Shown here: piece after piece, positions 63,501 to 64,000 of the stretch
How positions within the stretch are numbered: the first letter of the stretch is position 1
How the letters are laid out: every line of letters starts with the position of its first letter
Virus record (IMG/VR): IMGVR_UViG_3300042868_009489
Strand: one strand, 5' to 3'
Length of the DNA stretch: 64,000 nt
Source of the DNA: a virus
The notes under the pieces: model-generated
What the model was told of the DNA's origin: nothing
The model's input: the letters and a program-made list of their open reading frames with translations, nothing else
The model's database searches: none
Translations under genes and position numbers: made by a program

Positions 63501-63683
63501 ATGACAACACCAACCACATCCAACACTGCTTTGTTTGCCGCCGCAGACCAAGCACTCATCAATCACTCTAAGGCATTCATTGCCTACCAGAATACTCTAG
63601 TTCAATGGATTGCACCAGATGGTGTAATGTACATTGACATATATCCAGTAATCCTTCAGTTGAAGGCTGATTACGAGATATAA
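63501..63683 (+). CDS. Small hypothetical protein
   Basis: AAGGAG RBS; 60 aa. Confidence 0.6.
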   Translation: MTTPTTSNTALFAAADQALINHSKAFIAYQNTLVQWIAPDGVMYIDIYPVILQLKADYEI

Positions 63684-64000
63684 CAAATGTCTTGTTCGGT
63701 TTGGGCGCCGCATCAAGCAAAAACAATAGCAGATACTTATCAGGACTAGTAACTAGTTTACATATAGTCATTGTGCATATGCACTGCTAACCCCAACGGT
63801 TTCTAGTCTTTCCGTTCAAAAAAGACTTTATTCTCTATACAAGTATATCCACATACTTTATAAAATATTAATATATTGTTAGACGAGCGACTAAATCAGG
63901 CGCTTGCAGGGGGGTACCCATATGCTAGGGTTCTGTACAGACATTGTTGGACTGTCTTTCAGGATACACAATGCTAGATTATGGATACCTCCCTCTCACT

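Noticed and set aside
1-64000. tRNA (including a frameshift suppressor), rRNA, integrase, transposase or DGR reverse transcriptase
   Set aside because: None was recognisable by eye in this window. tRNAscan-SE or ARAGORN on the full genome is needed.

Overview
This 64 kb window comes from a large, AT-rich, myovirus-like (jumbo-type) bacteriophage. An actinobacterial host is an inference only. Bases 1-56.3 kb are an almost entirely minus-strand late/structural region: tail tube, two sheath-like proteins, neck genes, a cluster of six 2OG-Fe(II) oxygenases with a glutathione peroxidase homologue and glycosyltransferases, two (F/Y)FPP-repeat proteins, collagen-like fibres, major capsid, protease-scaffold, portal, large terminase, Gly/Arg-rich proteins and a Clp-type ATPase. 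recA follows. From about 59.7 kb there is a plus-strand array of micro-transcription units (hairpin + TATAAATA box + tiny ORF or structured RNA). Main observation: 14 late-region genes, including terminase and prohead protease, are broken by 16 apparent +1 frameshifts. Each can be repaired by skipping the C of an in-frame CGG codon, so that C-GGN reads as Gly, and most lie near the 5' end of the gene. This suggests an undescribed recoding switch (CGGN quadruplet or programmed +1 shift) gating late genes, although a systematic consensus-sequencing artefact must be excluded. All product calls come from motif recognition by eye, not database searches.
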